Source: Chloroflexota bacterium
GTDB taxonomy: Bacteria > Chloroflexota > Limnocylindria > Limnocylindrales > CSP1-4
NCBI GenBank assembly: GCA_017853275.1
Contig: JAFMJV010000010.1
Coordinates: forward strand, 420 to 64,419
DNA: 64,000 bases
Direction: 5' to 3'
Shown: positions 50,769 to 59,746 of the stretch, piece after piece
Layout of the letters: every line of letters starts with the position of its first letter
Numbering within the stretch: the first letter of the stretch is position 1
The notes under the pieces: generated by a model
Database searches by the model: none
Told to the model about the DNA's origin: nothing
The model's input: only the letters and a program-made list of their open reading frames with translations
Made by a program: the position numbers and the translations under genes

Positions 50769-52508
50769 ATGACCGAGATCTCGCCGCGCACCCCCTGGAC
50801 CCTCGCCGACCCGGCGCCCATCGACCCCGATACGATCGCGGACGCGCAGGCGCGCGGCCTCTCCGCCCGGCTCGTCCGGATCCTCTCCCGGCGGGGTCCC
50901 GTGACACGCGAGACGCTCGCCGCGTGGTTCGACGACCCGGTGGACGCCCTCCACGACCCGGGTCTGCTTCCGGATGCGGATCGCTGCCGGGCCCGGGTGG
51001 ATCGCGCGGCGGAGACAGGTGAGCGCGTCCTCGTCTTCGGGGACTTCGATGCGGACGGGCTGACCGGGTCCGCGATCCTCGTCCTCGCCCTGCGTGCCCG
51101 CGGGATCATGGCGGACCCGTGGATCCCGCACCGGACGGAAGAGGGGCACGGCCTCTCCGTGGCCGCCGTGCGCCACGCGATGGAGGAGGGGGTCGGCCTC
51201 ATCGTCACCGCGGATACCGGGACCACGAGCCATGCGGAGATCGACCTCGCCGCCGGCCGCGGCATCGACGTCATCGTCACGGACCACCATGCGCTCCCGC
51301 CGAGCCTGCCGGAGGCGGTGGCGGTCGTGAACCCCCACCGCGCGGATAGCCGCTATCCGGACCGGTCCCTCTCCGGGGCCGGGGTCGCGTTCAAGGTCGC
51401 GCAGCTCATCCTCGCGGATCTCCCCGGCGGGCCGGAGCGGGCGCTCGGGCTCGCGGACCTCGCCGCGGTGGGGACGATCGCGGATGTCGTCAGCCCGGAG
51501 GGGGAGAACCGCGCGATCACGCGCCTCGGCCTGCGGCGACTCGCGGAGGGCCCGCGGCCCGGGCTCCGCGCTCTGCTCGAGAGCGCCGGTGTCGCCGGTG
51601 ATCCGGTCGGCCGTGAGACGGTGAGCCATCGGCTCGCCCCGCGCCTCAACGCGCTCGGTCGGGTGGAAGGATCGGCGGATGGGGCGATCGCGCTCCTCCT
51701 CGCCGAGGACGCAGACGAGGTCGTCCCGCTCGTGGAGCGGATCGAGGAGGCGAACCGGCTCCGGCGCGACCTCACGGCGCGCGCGCTCGCGGAGGCGCGC
51801 GAGCAGCTTCCCACGGCAGCCGCGGACGGGATCCTCGTCGTCGCCGGACCCTGGCCGGCGGGGGTGATCGGGCTCGTGGCCGGCCGGCTCGCCGAGGAGA
51901 CCGGTCGTGCCGCCCTTGTCCTCTCCACCGTGGCGGCCCCCTGGCGGGGTTCTGCCCGCGGGAACGGGGAGACGGATCTGGCAGCGGCACTGCGCGCCTG
52001 TGAAGGGTTGCTGGTGAAGCACGGCGGGCATGCCGCCGCCGCCGGATGCCAGGTCGAGCCCGATCGGGTCCCGGAGCTGCGCGAGGCGCTGATGGCCTTC
52101 GGGAGGGCGGAACCGGAGCGCGCCACGAACCCGCCGCTGGCGCTCGATCTCGTCGTCGGCGGGGATGCGGTCGATTTCGTACTCTTGTCGGAGATCGCGC
52201 CGCTCGAGCGCGAGGGTGACCCACCGCCGCTTCTCGGGATCGCCGGGCTGATCGTCCGCCGGGTCCGGGAGGTCCGGGGTGGCCACCTGCAGCTGACGCT
52301 GGAGAAGGGGTCCCGGGTGTTCGACGCGATCTGGTTCGGAGGGGCGGCCCTCGGGGGCAGCCTGGAGGCGGGCGCGGAGGTCGACCTCGCGGCCCGCCTC
52401 GGGGCGCGTACCTGGAACGGGGTCGAGCAGCTCCGTCTCGAGATCCGCGACCTGGCGCCCGCGGGCTACCTCCGCTCGCTGCGCGCCGGCAGCGGGAGCG
52501 CCGCGTGA
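50769..52508 (+). CDS. recJ: Single-stranded-DNA-specific exonuclease RecJ
   Basis: DHH motifs 'VFGDFDADGLTG', 'IVTADTG', 'VIVTDHH'; DHHA1 'GGHAAAAG'; C-terminal OB-like domain. Confidence 0.93.
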   Translation: MTEISPRTPWTLADPAPIDPDTIADAQARGLSARLVRILSRRGPVTRETLAAWFDDPVDALHDPGLLPDADRCRARVDRAAETGERVLVFGDFDADGLTGSAILVLALRARGIMADPWIPHRTEEGHGLSVAAVRHAMEEGVGLIVTADTGTTSHAEIDLAAGRGIDVIVTDHHALPPSLPEAVAVVNPHRADSRYPDRSLSGAGVAFKVAQLILADLPGGPERALGLADLAAVGTIADVVSPEGENRAITRLGLRRLAEGPRPGLRALLESAGVAGDPVGRETVSHRLAPRLNALGRVEGSADGAIALLLAEDADEVVPLVERIEEANRLRRDLTARALAEAREQLPTAAADGILVVAGPWPAGVIGLVAGRLAEETGRAALVLSTVAAPWRGSARGNGETDLAAALRACEGLLVKHGGHAAAAGCQVEPDRVPELREALMAFGRAEPERATNPPLALDLVVGGDAVDFVLLSEIAPLEREGDPPPLLGIAGLIVRRVREVRGGHLQLTLEKGSRVFDAIWFGGAALGGSLEAGAEVDLAARLGARTWNGVEQLRLEIRDLAPAGYLRSLRAGSGSAA

Positions 52509-53806
52509 CGGGCCGCAGGCCCCCGCAGCAGGCGACCCGCCAGGAGCGACCGGCCCGGCCCGGGTCCCGCGGACCGCGCGCGCCGCGTCCCCCGGTGATC
52601 GCCCCGGCGATCTCCGCGGTCGGCGTCATCGCGCTCCTCGTCGGGAGCTGGCTGGCGATCGCCGTCTGGGGCCCGTCCGGCGGGTCCGCCGAGCCGACGG
52701 AAGCGCCGCTCGCCTTCGGGACACCGGATGCGAGCGGGAACCTGCCCGAGGAGCCGGTCGCAACGGCGACCCCCCGCGCGACGATCGTCATCACACCGCC
52801 CCCGGAGCGGACCGCCGAGGTCATCGGCCAGATCCTCTTCACCAAGGGCGGCGACATCTACCGGGTGACGGGCAAGGGGGATATCCAGGCGCTCACCCGG
52901 AAGGGCCTCGACTCCGCTCCTTCGTGGACTCCGGATGGCAAGCGGATCGTCTTCGTGGAGACGCGGGACAAGACGGTCCAGGCGCCCTGGGAGGGGCGGC
53001 TCGCCAAGTACCGCTTCTTCTACCCGAACATCATGAGCATCGCGGCGGACGGGTCGGACCGGAAGCAGATCTACGAGTCGATCTTCCCCTCGGGCGGGGG
53101 CCAGTGGCACAGCTGGGTCCTCCAGCCGGATGTCTCCCCGGACGGGGAGCGGATCGCGGTCGTGAGCGACGGCAAGGACGGCTACGGCGAGGTCGTCCTG
53201 CATACGATGTCCAGCGATGGCGGCCGTCTCCAGGCGCTGGACCTCGAGGTGATCGACGCCCAGGGCCACAACGACCCGGACTGGAGCCCGGACGGCAAGC
53301 GGATCGCGTTCACCTACAACATCCGCAGCGGCCAGATCGGGACGCCGAAGATCGGGATCGTGACCGTCCGGAGCGAGAAGATGGAGCTGCTGCGCGAGGG
53401 CTATGCCAACCCGTCGTGGTCCCCGGATGGGCGCTGGATCGCCGCCGAGCGGACCACGGGGACCGGCCGTGACATCGTCATCCTCGACCCCGAGAGCGGT
53501 GCGGAGGTCGCCCGCCTCACGAACGACGGCGACAGCTTCGCACCGACCTTCTCGCCGAACGGGAACCAGATCGCCTTCCTGCGCCGGAAGGGGCTCGGCG
53601 TGGACCTGTGGGTCCTCACCCTCGACCCGGCGCGCGGCTTCACCCGCCTGGAGCAGAAGCCGGTCACGGAGGATGGCGGGCTGGACGCGGAGTCTCCGCC
53701 GAGCTGGTTCATCCCGGAGGAGCTGATCGTCCCGATGGCGACCCCCGAGGTCGTTGCGGAGCCGGTCGAGCCCGGGCCATCGGCGGGGCCGAGCCCGGCA
53801 CCGTGA
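52505..53806 (+). CDS. Membrane-anchored PD40 (TolB-like beta-propeller) repeat protein
   Basis: TM 'AISAVGVIALLVGSWLAIAV'. Repeats 'PSWTPDGKRIVF', 'PDVSPDGERIAV', 'PDWSPDGKRIAF', 'PSWSPDGRWIAA', 'PTFSPNGNQIAF'. GTGA overlap with the recJ stop. Confidence 0.82.
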   Translation: MTGRRPPQQATRQERPARPGSRGPRAPRPPVIAPAISAVGVIALLVGSWLAIAVWGPSGGSAEPTEAPLAFGTPDASGNLPEEPVATATPRATIVITPPPERTAEVIGQILFTKGGDIYRVTGKGDIQALTRKGLDSAPSWTPDGKRIVFVETRDKTVQAPWEGRLAKYRFFYPNIMSIAADGSDRKQIYESIFPSGGGQWHSWVLQPDVSPDGERIAVVSDGKDGYGEVVLHTMSSDGGRLQALDLEVIDAQGHNDPDWSPDGKRIAFTYNIRSGQIGTPKIGIVTVRSEKMELLREGYANPSWSPDGRWIAAERTTGTGRDIVILDPESGAEVARLTNDGDSFAPTFSPNGNQIAFLRRKGLGVDLWVLTLDPARGFTRLEQKPVTEDGGLDAESPPSWFIPEELIVPMATPEVVAEPVEPGPSAGPSPAP

Positions 53807-54684
53807 GCGTGGCGTCGCCCGTCCCGCGCTATGCGGCGATGCTGGCCGCGCGGACCGAGCGGACCGGCTCGGTCCTCTGCCTCGGGATCGACCCGGACCC
53901 GGTCGCCGTCCCGCCCGCCCTCGGCACCGGGCTGGCGGGGATCGAGCGCTTCGCGCGGCTCATCCTCGAGGCCGCCGGCCCGATGGCGGCCGCGGTCAAG
54001 GTGAACGTCGCCTTCTTCGAGGCCTGGGGGAGTCCCGGCGTGGCTGCCCTGGAGCGCGTGCGCGCAGGGGTCCCGTCCGACCTGCCGTTCATCGCGGATG
54101 CGAAGCGGGGTGATATCGGATCCACCTCGGAGCGCATCGCGGAGGCGCTCTTCGACCGTCTCGGGGCGGATGCGATCACCGCCAACCCGTACCTCGGGGC
54201 GGATGCGATCGCGCCGCTCCTCGACCGCCCGGACCGGCACGTCTACCTCCTCTGCCGGACCTCGAACCCGGGCGCTGCCGAGCTCCAGGGGCTGCGGGTC
54301 GCCGCCGATCCCATGGACGGGGCGCCGGAGGAGATCCTCGCGCTCCGCGTCGCCCGTCGCGCCGTCGGTTGGGAGCGTCATCCCGGGACCGTCGGGCTCG
54401 TCGTCGGCGCGACCGCGCCGGAGGAGATGAGCGCGATCCGGTCGGTCGCCCCCGGCCTTCCCTTCCTCGTCCCCGGGGTCGGTGCCCAGGGAGGGGACGC
54501 CGCGGCAGCCGTCTCCCGTGGGCGGGCCACGGCGGGGCCGGCCTTCTCGCGTGCGCCGGGCGGGGGCCTGCTCGTCAATGTCTCGCGGGGGATCGCCGCG
54601 GCGGCCCACGACGCCGCGGATCCGGGTGCCGCGATCGCGGCGTCCGCACGGCGCTGGGCGGCCGATCTCCGAGTGCTACGATGA
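53803..54684 (+). CDS. pyrF: Orotidine 5'-phosphate decarboxylase (long, type 2)
   Basis: 'LCLGIDPDP', 'VKVNVAFFE', 'ADAKRGDIGST', 'PGVGAQGG'. GTG 53803 overlaps the PD40 gene's stop (GTGA). Confidence 0.88.
   Translation: MSVASPVPRYAAMLAARTERTGSVLCLGIDPDPVAVPPALGTGLAGIERFARLILEAAGPMAAAVKVNVAFFEAWGSPGVAALERVRAGVPSDLPFIADAKRGDIGSTSERIAEALFDRLGADAITANPYLGADAIAPLLDRPDRHVYLLCRTSNPGAAELQGLRVAADPMDGAPEEILALRVARRAVGWERHPGTVGLVVGATAPEEMSAIRSVAPGLPFLVPGVGAQGGDAAAAVSRGRATAGPAFSRAPGGGLLVNVSRGIAAAAHDAADPGAAIAASARRWAADLRVLR
54677..54682 (+). promoter_or_regulatory. Extended -10 TGcTACGAT within the pyrF 3' end, upstream of tatA
   Basis: TG at 54674-54675. Followed by a roughly 50-nt leader with GGAACGGAGGA before ATG 54737. 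Confidence 0.4.
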
Positions 54685-54736
54685 CCCCCTCGGCGGGGAC
54701 CCGCCGACCCGATCAGGAGAGGGAACGGAGGACCGC

Positions 54737-55015
54737 ATGGGACTGCCGAATATCGGACCGGTCGAGCTGATCATCATCCTCGTGATCGCGCTGCTCGTCC
54801 TCGGGCCGGGGAAGCTGCCGGAAGTGGGTGCCGCGTTCGGCAAGACGATCCGCGAGTTCCGCAAGGCATCCACGGAGGTCCAGGAGGCGACGACCGCGGT
54901 GACCAAGCCGCTGAGCGCCCCCGCCGCAGCGCCCGCGCCTGCGCCCGCCCCGGAGTCCGTGCCGTCGGACGCGCCGATGGGCACGCCCGCGGACCCGGCG
55001 ACCGACCGCGCCTGA
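54737..55015 (+). CDS. tatA: Twin-arginine translocase subunit TatA/E
   Basis: 'MGLPNIGPVELIIILVIALLVLGPGKLPEVGAAFGKTIREFRKA'. Confidence 0.93.
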   Translation: MGLPNIGPVELIIILVIALLVLGPGKLPEVGAAFGKTIREFRKASTEVQEATTAVTKPLSAPAAAPAPAPAPESVPSDAPMGTPADPATDRA

Positions 55016-55055
55016 CCCCTCCGTTCGACCGCGCCTGCCGCGCCGGCCCCATGCG

Positions 55056-55847
55056 ATGACGAGCTCCGACCGCGCCGTCGCTCCGGGCGCCGGTGCGCCC
55101 TCTGCGGAGGCTGCCGAGGATCCCTCGGTGATGTCGCTCGTCGACCACCTCGCGGAGCTGCGTCGACGGCTCGCGATCTGCATCGCCGCGATCCTCATCG
55201 GGGGGATCGTCGGCTTCTGGCTGGCGCCGCAGATCATCACGATCCTCGCCGACCCGCTCCCGGACCGGGGTGAGGCGACGAAGGTCCAGTTCCTCACCGT
55301 CAGCGGCGGGTTCTTCCTCTTCATGAAGATCTCGATCGTGGTGGGGATCCTTCTCTCGCTCCCGATCCTCCTCTACCAGCTGTGGGCGTTCGTCTCGCCC
55401 GGCCTGACGGACAAGGAGCGCCGCGCCGCGCTGCCCTGGATCCCCGCGGCGGTCGTCTTCTTCCTCCTCGGCACGATCGTCGCCTACGTGACGATGCCGT
55501 ACGCGATCGCCTTCCTCACGAGCTGGAACGTGGAGGGGATCGCCGAGACGGTCCCGAGCGCCGAGGCCTACTACGGCTTCGTGACGATGATCTTCCTCCT
55601 CTTCGGCGCGGTGATGGAGTTCCCGATCGTGCTCGTCCTCCTCAACCGCCTCGGGATCCTCTCCGTGGAGAAGCTCCGCTCGAGCCGGCGGCTCGTCCTC
55701 ATGGGCTCGGTCGTCTTCGCCGTCGTGGCCACCCCGGGCGGCGACCCGATCAGCCCGCTCGTCATGGCCGGCACGATGTACCTCCTCTACGAGTTCACGA
55801 TCTGGATGCTCCAGCGCTCCGGAGCGCGCGGACCGGCGGATGCCTGA
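55056..55847 (+). CDS. tatC: Twin-arginine translocase subunit TatC
   Basis: 'MSLVDHLAELRRRL', six TM helices, 'LWAFVSPGLTDKERR'. The true start may be the internal ATG at 55131. Confidence 0.92.
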   Translation: MTSSDRAVAPGAGAPSAEAAEDPSVMSLVDHLAELRRRLAICIAAILIGGIVGFWLAPQIITILADPLPDRGEATKVQFLTVSGGFFLFMKISIVVGILLSLPILLYQLWAFVSPGLTDKERRAALPWIPAAVVFFLLGTIVAYVTMPYAIAFLTSWNVEGIAETVPSAEAYYGFVTMIFLLFGAVMEFPIVLVLLNRLGILSVEKLRSSRRLVLMGSVVFAVVATPGGDPISPLVMAGTMYLLYEFTIWMLQRSGARGPADA

Positions 55848-56778
55848 GCGGGCGCTGCCCGCGTCGGACCTGCCGGCGGGCACGCCGGACCGTGCCGCCC
55901 CGGCGGATCCCCGGGAGCGCCACGTGGTCATCCTCACGGGGCTCTCCGGGGCAGGGAAGACCGCGACGAGCAAGATCTTCGAGGACCTCGGCTACACGGT
56001 CGTGGACAACGTGCCCAGCGCGCTTCTCCGCGAGTTCGCGGAGCTCGTGGCGACGGATGCCGAGCGCTATCGCCGGGTCGCCCTCGTCCTGGACATCCGC
56101 TCCGGCAACGCGCCCGAGGCGTTCGCCGCCACGATGGATGCCCTGAACGCCCACGGGATCGAGCCGCAGATCGTCTTCCTCGAGGCGGAGGACGACATCC
56201 TCATCCGGCGCTACTCCGAGACGCGTCATCGCCATCCGCTCGACGACGGACGCCAGGGGGTCGCCGCCGCGATCGCCCAGGAGCGGGCGATGCTCGAGGA
56301 GGTCCGTGCCCTCTCCTCCGTGATCATCGATACGAGCCGGCTCTCGGGCCGCCAGCTGCGGGAGCGGATCGCCGCCTCGCTCCACCCCGATCTCGAGGTG
56401 GACGAGCTGACGATCCAGGTCATCAGCTTCGGCTACAAGCACGGCATCCCCCTGGAGGCGGACATCGTTCTCGACGTGCGCTTCCTCGAGAACCCCTTCT
56501 ACCGCAGCGAGCTGCGCGACCTGACCGGCCGCGAGGCCGAGGTGCGCGAGTTCGTCCTCGGCCAGCCGATCACGCGGCGCTTCCTCGCCGCGGTCGACGA
56601 CCTTCTCGGCTTCACGATCCCGGCCTATCGCTCCGAGGGCAAGTCGCGCCTCACGATCGCGATCGGGTGCACCGGAGGGGTCCATCGATCCGTGGCGATC
56701 GCGGAAGCCCTCGCCGAGGCCCTCCGGCGCGCCGACCACGGGCCGGTGGGGCTCTGGCACCGGGAGCTCGGCGGATGA
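55840..56778 (+). CDS. rapZ: RNase adapter / nucleotide-binding protein RapZ (YvcJ)
   Basis: 'VVILTGLSGAGKT', 'ISFGYKHGIPLEADIVLDVRFLENPFY', 'IAIGCTGGVHRSVA'. 8-nt overlap with the tatC end. Confidence 0.93.
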   Translation: MPERALPASDLPAGTPDRAAPADPRERHVVILTGLSGAGKTATSKIFEDLGYTVVDNVPSALLREFAELVATDAERYRRVALVLDIRSGNAPEAFAATMDALNAHGIEPQIVFLEAEDDILIRRYSETRHRHPLDDGRQGVAAAIAQERAMLEEVRALSSVIIDTSRLSGRQLRERIAASLHPDLEVDELTIQVISFGYKHGIPLEADIVLDVRFLENPFYRSELRDLTGREAEVREFVLGQPITRRFLAAVDDLLGFTIPAYRSEGKSRLTIAIGCTGGVHRSVAIAEALAEALRRADHGPVGLWHRELGG

Positions 56779-58118
56779 GCGGCGGCGCTGCGCCGGCCGG
56801 GCGCCGCTGGGACCGGGTCCGGCGCTGGCTGCGGCCCGGTACGGGGATCGTCGGCTGGCTCCTCGTCGTCCTCCTCGGCCAGCTCATCCTCGCGGTCGCG
56901 GGCGCCTTCGTCATCCGGATCGCCTTCCGGGAGATCCCGGACAGCAGCCTTCTCGGTCAGATCTTCGGTGTCGCCAGCCTCCAGTTCCTCCCCGGTCTTG
57001 TCCGTCCGCTCGTCGTCCTCGTCATCGGCCTCGGCGTCTTCCTCTACGGTCTGCGCCGCCTGATGGGGGTCCTCCTCGAGCCCTTTCCCACCCCGAACGC
57101 GCCCCTCGTCGAGCTCGTCTACCAGAAGCGCTCCCTCGCACGGGGGCCGCGCGTGGTCGCGATCGGCGGCGGCACCGGGCTCTCCACCCTCCTGCGCGGG
57201 CTGAAGGAGTCGACGAGCAACATCACCGCGATCGTCACCGTGGCCGACGACGGAGGCTCGTCGGGGAAGCTCCGGGAGGAGCTCGGGATCGCGCCGGTGG
57301 GCGATCTCCGGAGCTGCATCACCGCGCTCGCGGACGCGGAGCCCGTGATGACCGACCTCCTCGCCTTCCGCTTCCCGCCGGACCAGGCGGGGGAGGGGGG
57401 CCTGGCGGGTCACGCCTTCGGCAACCTCCTCATCGCGGCCCTCTCGGAGATCGCCGGGGACTTCGAGGAAGGGGTCCGGCTCACGAACCGGGTCCTCGCG
57501 GTCCGGGGGCAGGTCGTCCCCGTCGCACCCGTCCCGCTCACCCTCCACGCGGAGCTCACGAGCGGCGAGATGATGGACGGCCAGTCCCGGATCATGCGCG
57601 CCCGGGGGATCCGCCGCGTCTGGATCAGCCCTGCGGCCGTGGAGGCGAGCGCGGACGCGGTCGAGGCGATCCGGGAGGCGGACCTCATCGTCCTGGGGCC
57701 GGGCAGCCTCTTCACGAGCCTTCTGCCGTCCCTCCTCGTGCCCGGGATCCGCTCGGCGCTCGCCACCGCACCGGGCCTCCGGGTCTACGTCGCCAACGTC
57801 GCGACCCAGCCCGGCGAGACCGAGGGCTACACCCTCTCGGAGCACCTCGCGGCGCTCGCGGCTCACGGGGTCGGCACGCTCGTGGATGTCGTCCTCGCCA
57901 ACAGCAACATGCGCGCCCGGCAGCCGGAGGGCTACCCCGCCGGGCCGGTGCGCATCGACCTCTCTCCGGATCTCGTCCGACCGCGTCTCGTCACGGCCGA
58001 TGTCGTGGATGACGGGAACGCGCATCGCCATGACCCGGCGAAGCTCTCCGCCCGGCTCCTCGCGCTCGCCGAGGAGCGAGCCCTCGCGCGCGCCGCGGAC
58101 GTGGCGCGTCCGGCCTGA
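56775..58118 (+). CDS. yvcK: YvcK/CuvA (CofD-like) family protein with a roughly 115-aa N-terminal membrane extension
   Basis: Core: 'RVVAIGGGTGLSTLLRGLK', 'IVTVADDGGSSGKLR', 'IVLGPGSLFTSLLPSLL'. N-terminus has hydrophobic helices 'IVGWLLVVLLGQLILAVAGAFVI' and 'LVVLVIGLGVFLYGL'. ATGA overlap with rapZ. Confidence 0.88.
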   Translation: MSGGAAPAGRRWDRVRRWLRPGTGIVGWLLVVLLGQLILAVAGAFVIRIAFREIPDSSLLGQIFGVASLQFLPGLVRPLVVLVIGLGVFLYGLRRLMGVLLEPFPTPNAPLVELVYQKRSLARGPRVVAIGGGTGLSTLLRGLKESTSNITAIVTVADDGGSSGKLREELGIAPVGDLRSCITALADAEPVMTDLLAFRFPPDQAGEGGLAGHAFGNLLIAALSEIAGDFEEGVRLTNRVLAVRGQVVPVAPVPLTLHAELTSGEMMDGQSRIMRARGIRRVWISPAAVEASADAVEAIREADLIVLGPGSLFTSLLPSLLVPGIRSALATAPGLRVYVANVATQPGETEGYTLSEHLAALAAHGVGTLVDVVLANSNMRARQPEGYPAGPVRIDLSPDLVRPRLVTADVVDDGNAHRHDPAKLSARLLALAEERALARAADVARPA

Positions 58119-58945
58119 GCGTCGCGGCCGGCGCCCGCGCCGGCGGCTCGGAGCGGGATCGTGACCTCGTCACCGCCATCCGCGCGGAGCTCGCGGCGAT
58201 CGCACCGGCGCGTCCCTGCTGCCGCGCAGCCGAGCGGGCCGGCCTGGGGCGGGCCGCGGATGGCGAGGCGCGCACCCCCGCCGTGGCACGCCTGGCCGTC
58301 CGGCTGGATGCCCCGCCGGCCGGCGGTCGCCGCCGGGTCCGTCCGTCCGAGGCCGACCGTTTCGACTGGACAGCCGTCGCGGATCATTGCCGGACCGCGT
58401 GGCTGCGGGGCGCCTTCCTGGCCCATGGCTCGCTCAGCCTCGGGACGGGGCGCTCCCACCTGGAGCTCGTCCTGGACCCGGAGGCCGCCGCGGAGCTCGC
58501 ACCCCGCCTCGTGGCCCTCGGCCATCCGGCCGCGATCCGGACCCGGCGGGGGAGGGGTGTCCTCACGTGGAAGTCCGCGGACGCGATCCTCGAGCTCCTC
58601 CGGCGACTCGGCGCCTCGGCTTCCGCGCTGGAGCTCGAGACGCGCCTCGTCACCCATCAGCTGCATGGCCATCTCAACCGCGTCCTGAACGCGGAGACCG
58701 CGAACCTCCGGCGCTCCGCGGGTGCTGCGGCCCGGCAGGTCCTGGCGATCGATCGCCTCCGGCGCGGGTCCGGCTGGGCCGAGCTCGCCCCCCACGAGCG
58801 CGCGGTCGCGGAGGCGCGCGTGGCCGACCCCGGGGCGACGCTCGCGGAGATCGCCGATGCGCTCGGCATCGGGCGGGCGCGGGTCCAGCGGGCCTTCGTT
58901 CGCATCGAGCGGCTCGCCGAGGAGGAGCGGCCGGACGTGGGATGA
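58115..58945 (+). CDS. whiA: Sporulation/cell-division regulator WhiA (shortened first LAGLIDADG-like domain); putative CTG start
   Basis: In-frame 'DLVTAIRAELAAIAPARPCCRAAERAGL' (the WhiA N-terminal CC motif) lies upstream of the first canonical start (GTG 58283). 'AWLRGAFLAHGSL', 'RVLNAETANLRRS', and C-terminal HTH 'ATLAEIADALGIGRARVQRAF'. CTG 58115 overlaps the yvcK TGA. Confidence 0.8.
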   Translation: MSVAAGARAGGSERDRDLVTAIRAELAAIAPARPCCRAAERAGLGRAADGEARTPAVARLAVRLDAPPAGGRRRVRPSEADRFDWTAVADHCRTAWLRGAFLAHGSLSLGTGRSHLELVLDPEAAAELAPRLVALGHPAAIRTRRGRGVLTWKSADAILELLRRLGASASALELETRLVTHQLHGHLNRVLNAETANLRRSAGAAARQVLAIDRLRRGSGWAELAPHERAVAEARVADPGATLAEIADALGIGRARVQRAFVRIERLAEEERPDVG

Positions 58946-58952
58946 TTGGTCG

Positions 58953-59735
58953 ATGAGAGAGGTCATCGTCGCCGCGAACTGGAAGATGAACACGACCCCT
59001 GCCGATGCGCCGGGGCTCGCCCGGGCGATCGCCGCGGCGATCGCGGAGCCGGAGGTGGTGCGGGTGATCTGCCCGCCCGCGATCTCGCTCGCGGCCGTGG
59101 CCGCCGCGCTGGACGGGACCGGGGTCGCGGTCGGTGCCCAGAACGTCCACGCCGAGAGCGCGGGCGCCTACACCGGGGAGATCTCGGCGTCCATGCTTGC
59201 GGGCCTCGCCACGTGGGCGATCGTGGGTCACTCCGAGCGGCGGCGCGACCAGGGGGAGACGGACGAGCTGATCGGCCGGAAGATCGTGCGCTGTGTCGAG
59301 GCGGGTCTCCGTCCGATCCTGTGCGTCGGTGAGCAGCTCGCGGAGCGCGAGGCAGGGCACGCCGACCGGACCGTCCGTGGCCAGGTGGAGGCCGCGCTCG
59401 CCGTCGCGCTGCGGGCGGGACCCTTCCCGGCCGGCCTCGTCGTCGCCTATGAGCCGGTCTGGGCGATCGGGACAGGGCGGACCGCCCGGGGTGCGGATGC
59501 CGCGGAGATCGCGGCGGTGATCCGGGCGGCCATCGGGCATGTCGCATCGGTCGCCGCTGCGGAGGCGACGCCCGTCCTCTACGGGGGAAGCGTGACGAGC
59601 ACATCCGCCGCCGAGTACCTCGCCGAGCCGGCGATCGACGGCGCCTTTGTCGGGGGCGCGGGCCTGAAGCCGGACGAGATGGCCGCGATCGTCGGACGCG
59701 CAGCGCTCACCGCGCGCGCGCGGCGCGGCGCCTGA
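58953..59735 (+). CDS. tpiA: Triosephosphate isomerase
   Basis: 'VAANWKMN', 'IVGHSERR', 'AYEPVWAIGTG', 'YGGSV'. Confidence 0.95.
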   Translation: MREVIVAANWKMNTTPADAPGLARAIAAAIAEPEVVRVICPPAISLAAVAAALDGTGVAVGAQNVHAESAGAYTGEISASMLAGLATWAIVGHSERRRDQGETDELIGRKIVRCVEAGLRPILCVGEQLAEREAGHADRTVRGQVEAALAVALRAGPFPAGLVVAYEPVWAIGTGRTARGADAAEIAAVIRAAIGHVASVAAAEATPVLYGGSVTSTSAAEYLAEPAIDGAFVGGAGLKPDEMAAIVGRAALTARARRGA

Positions 59736-59746
59736 CGGGTCACGAG

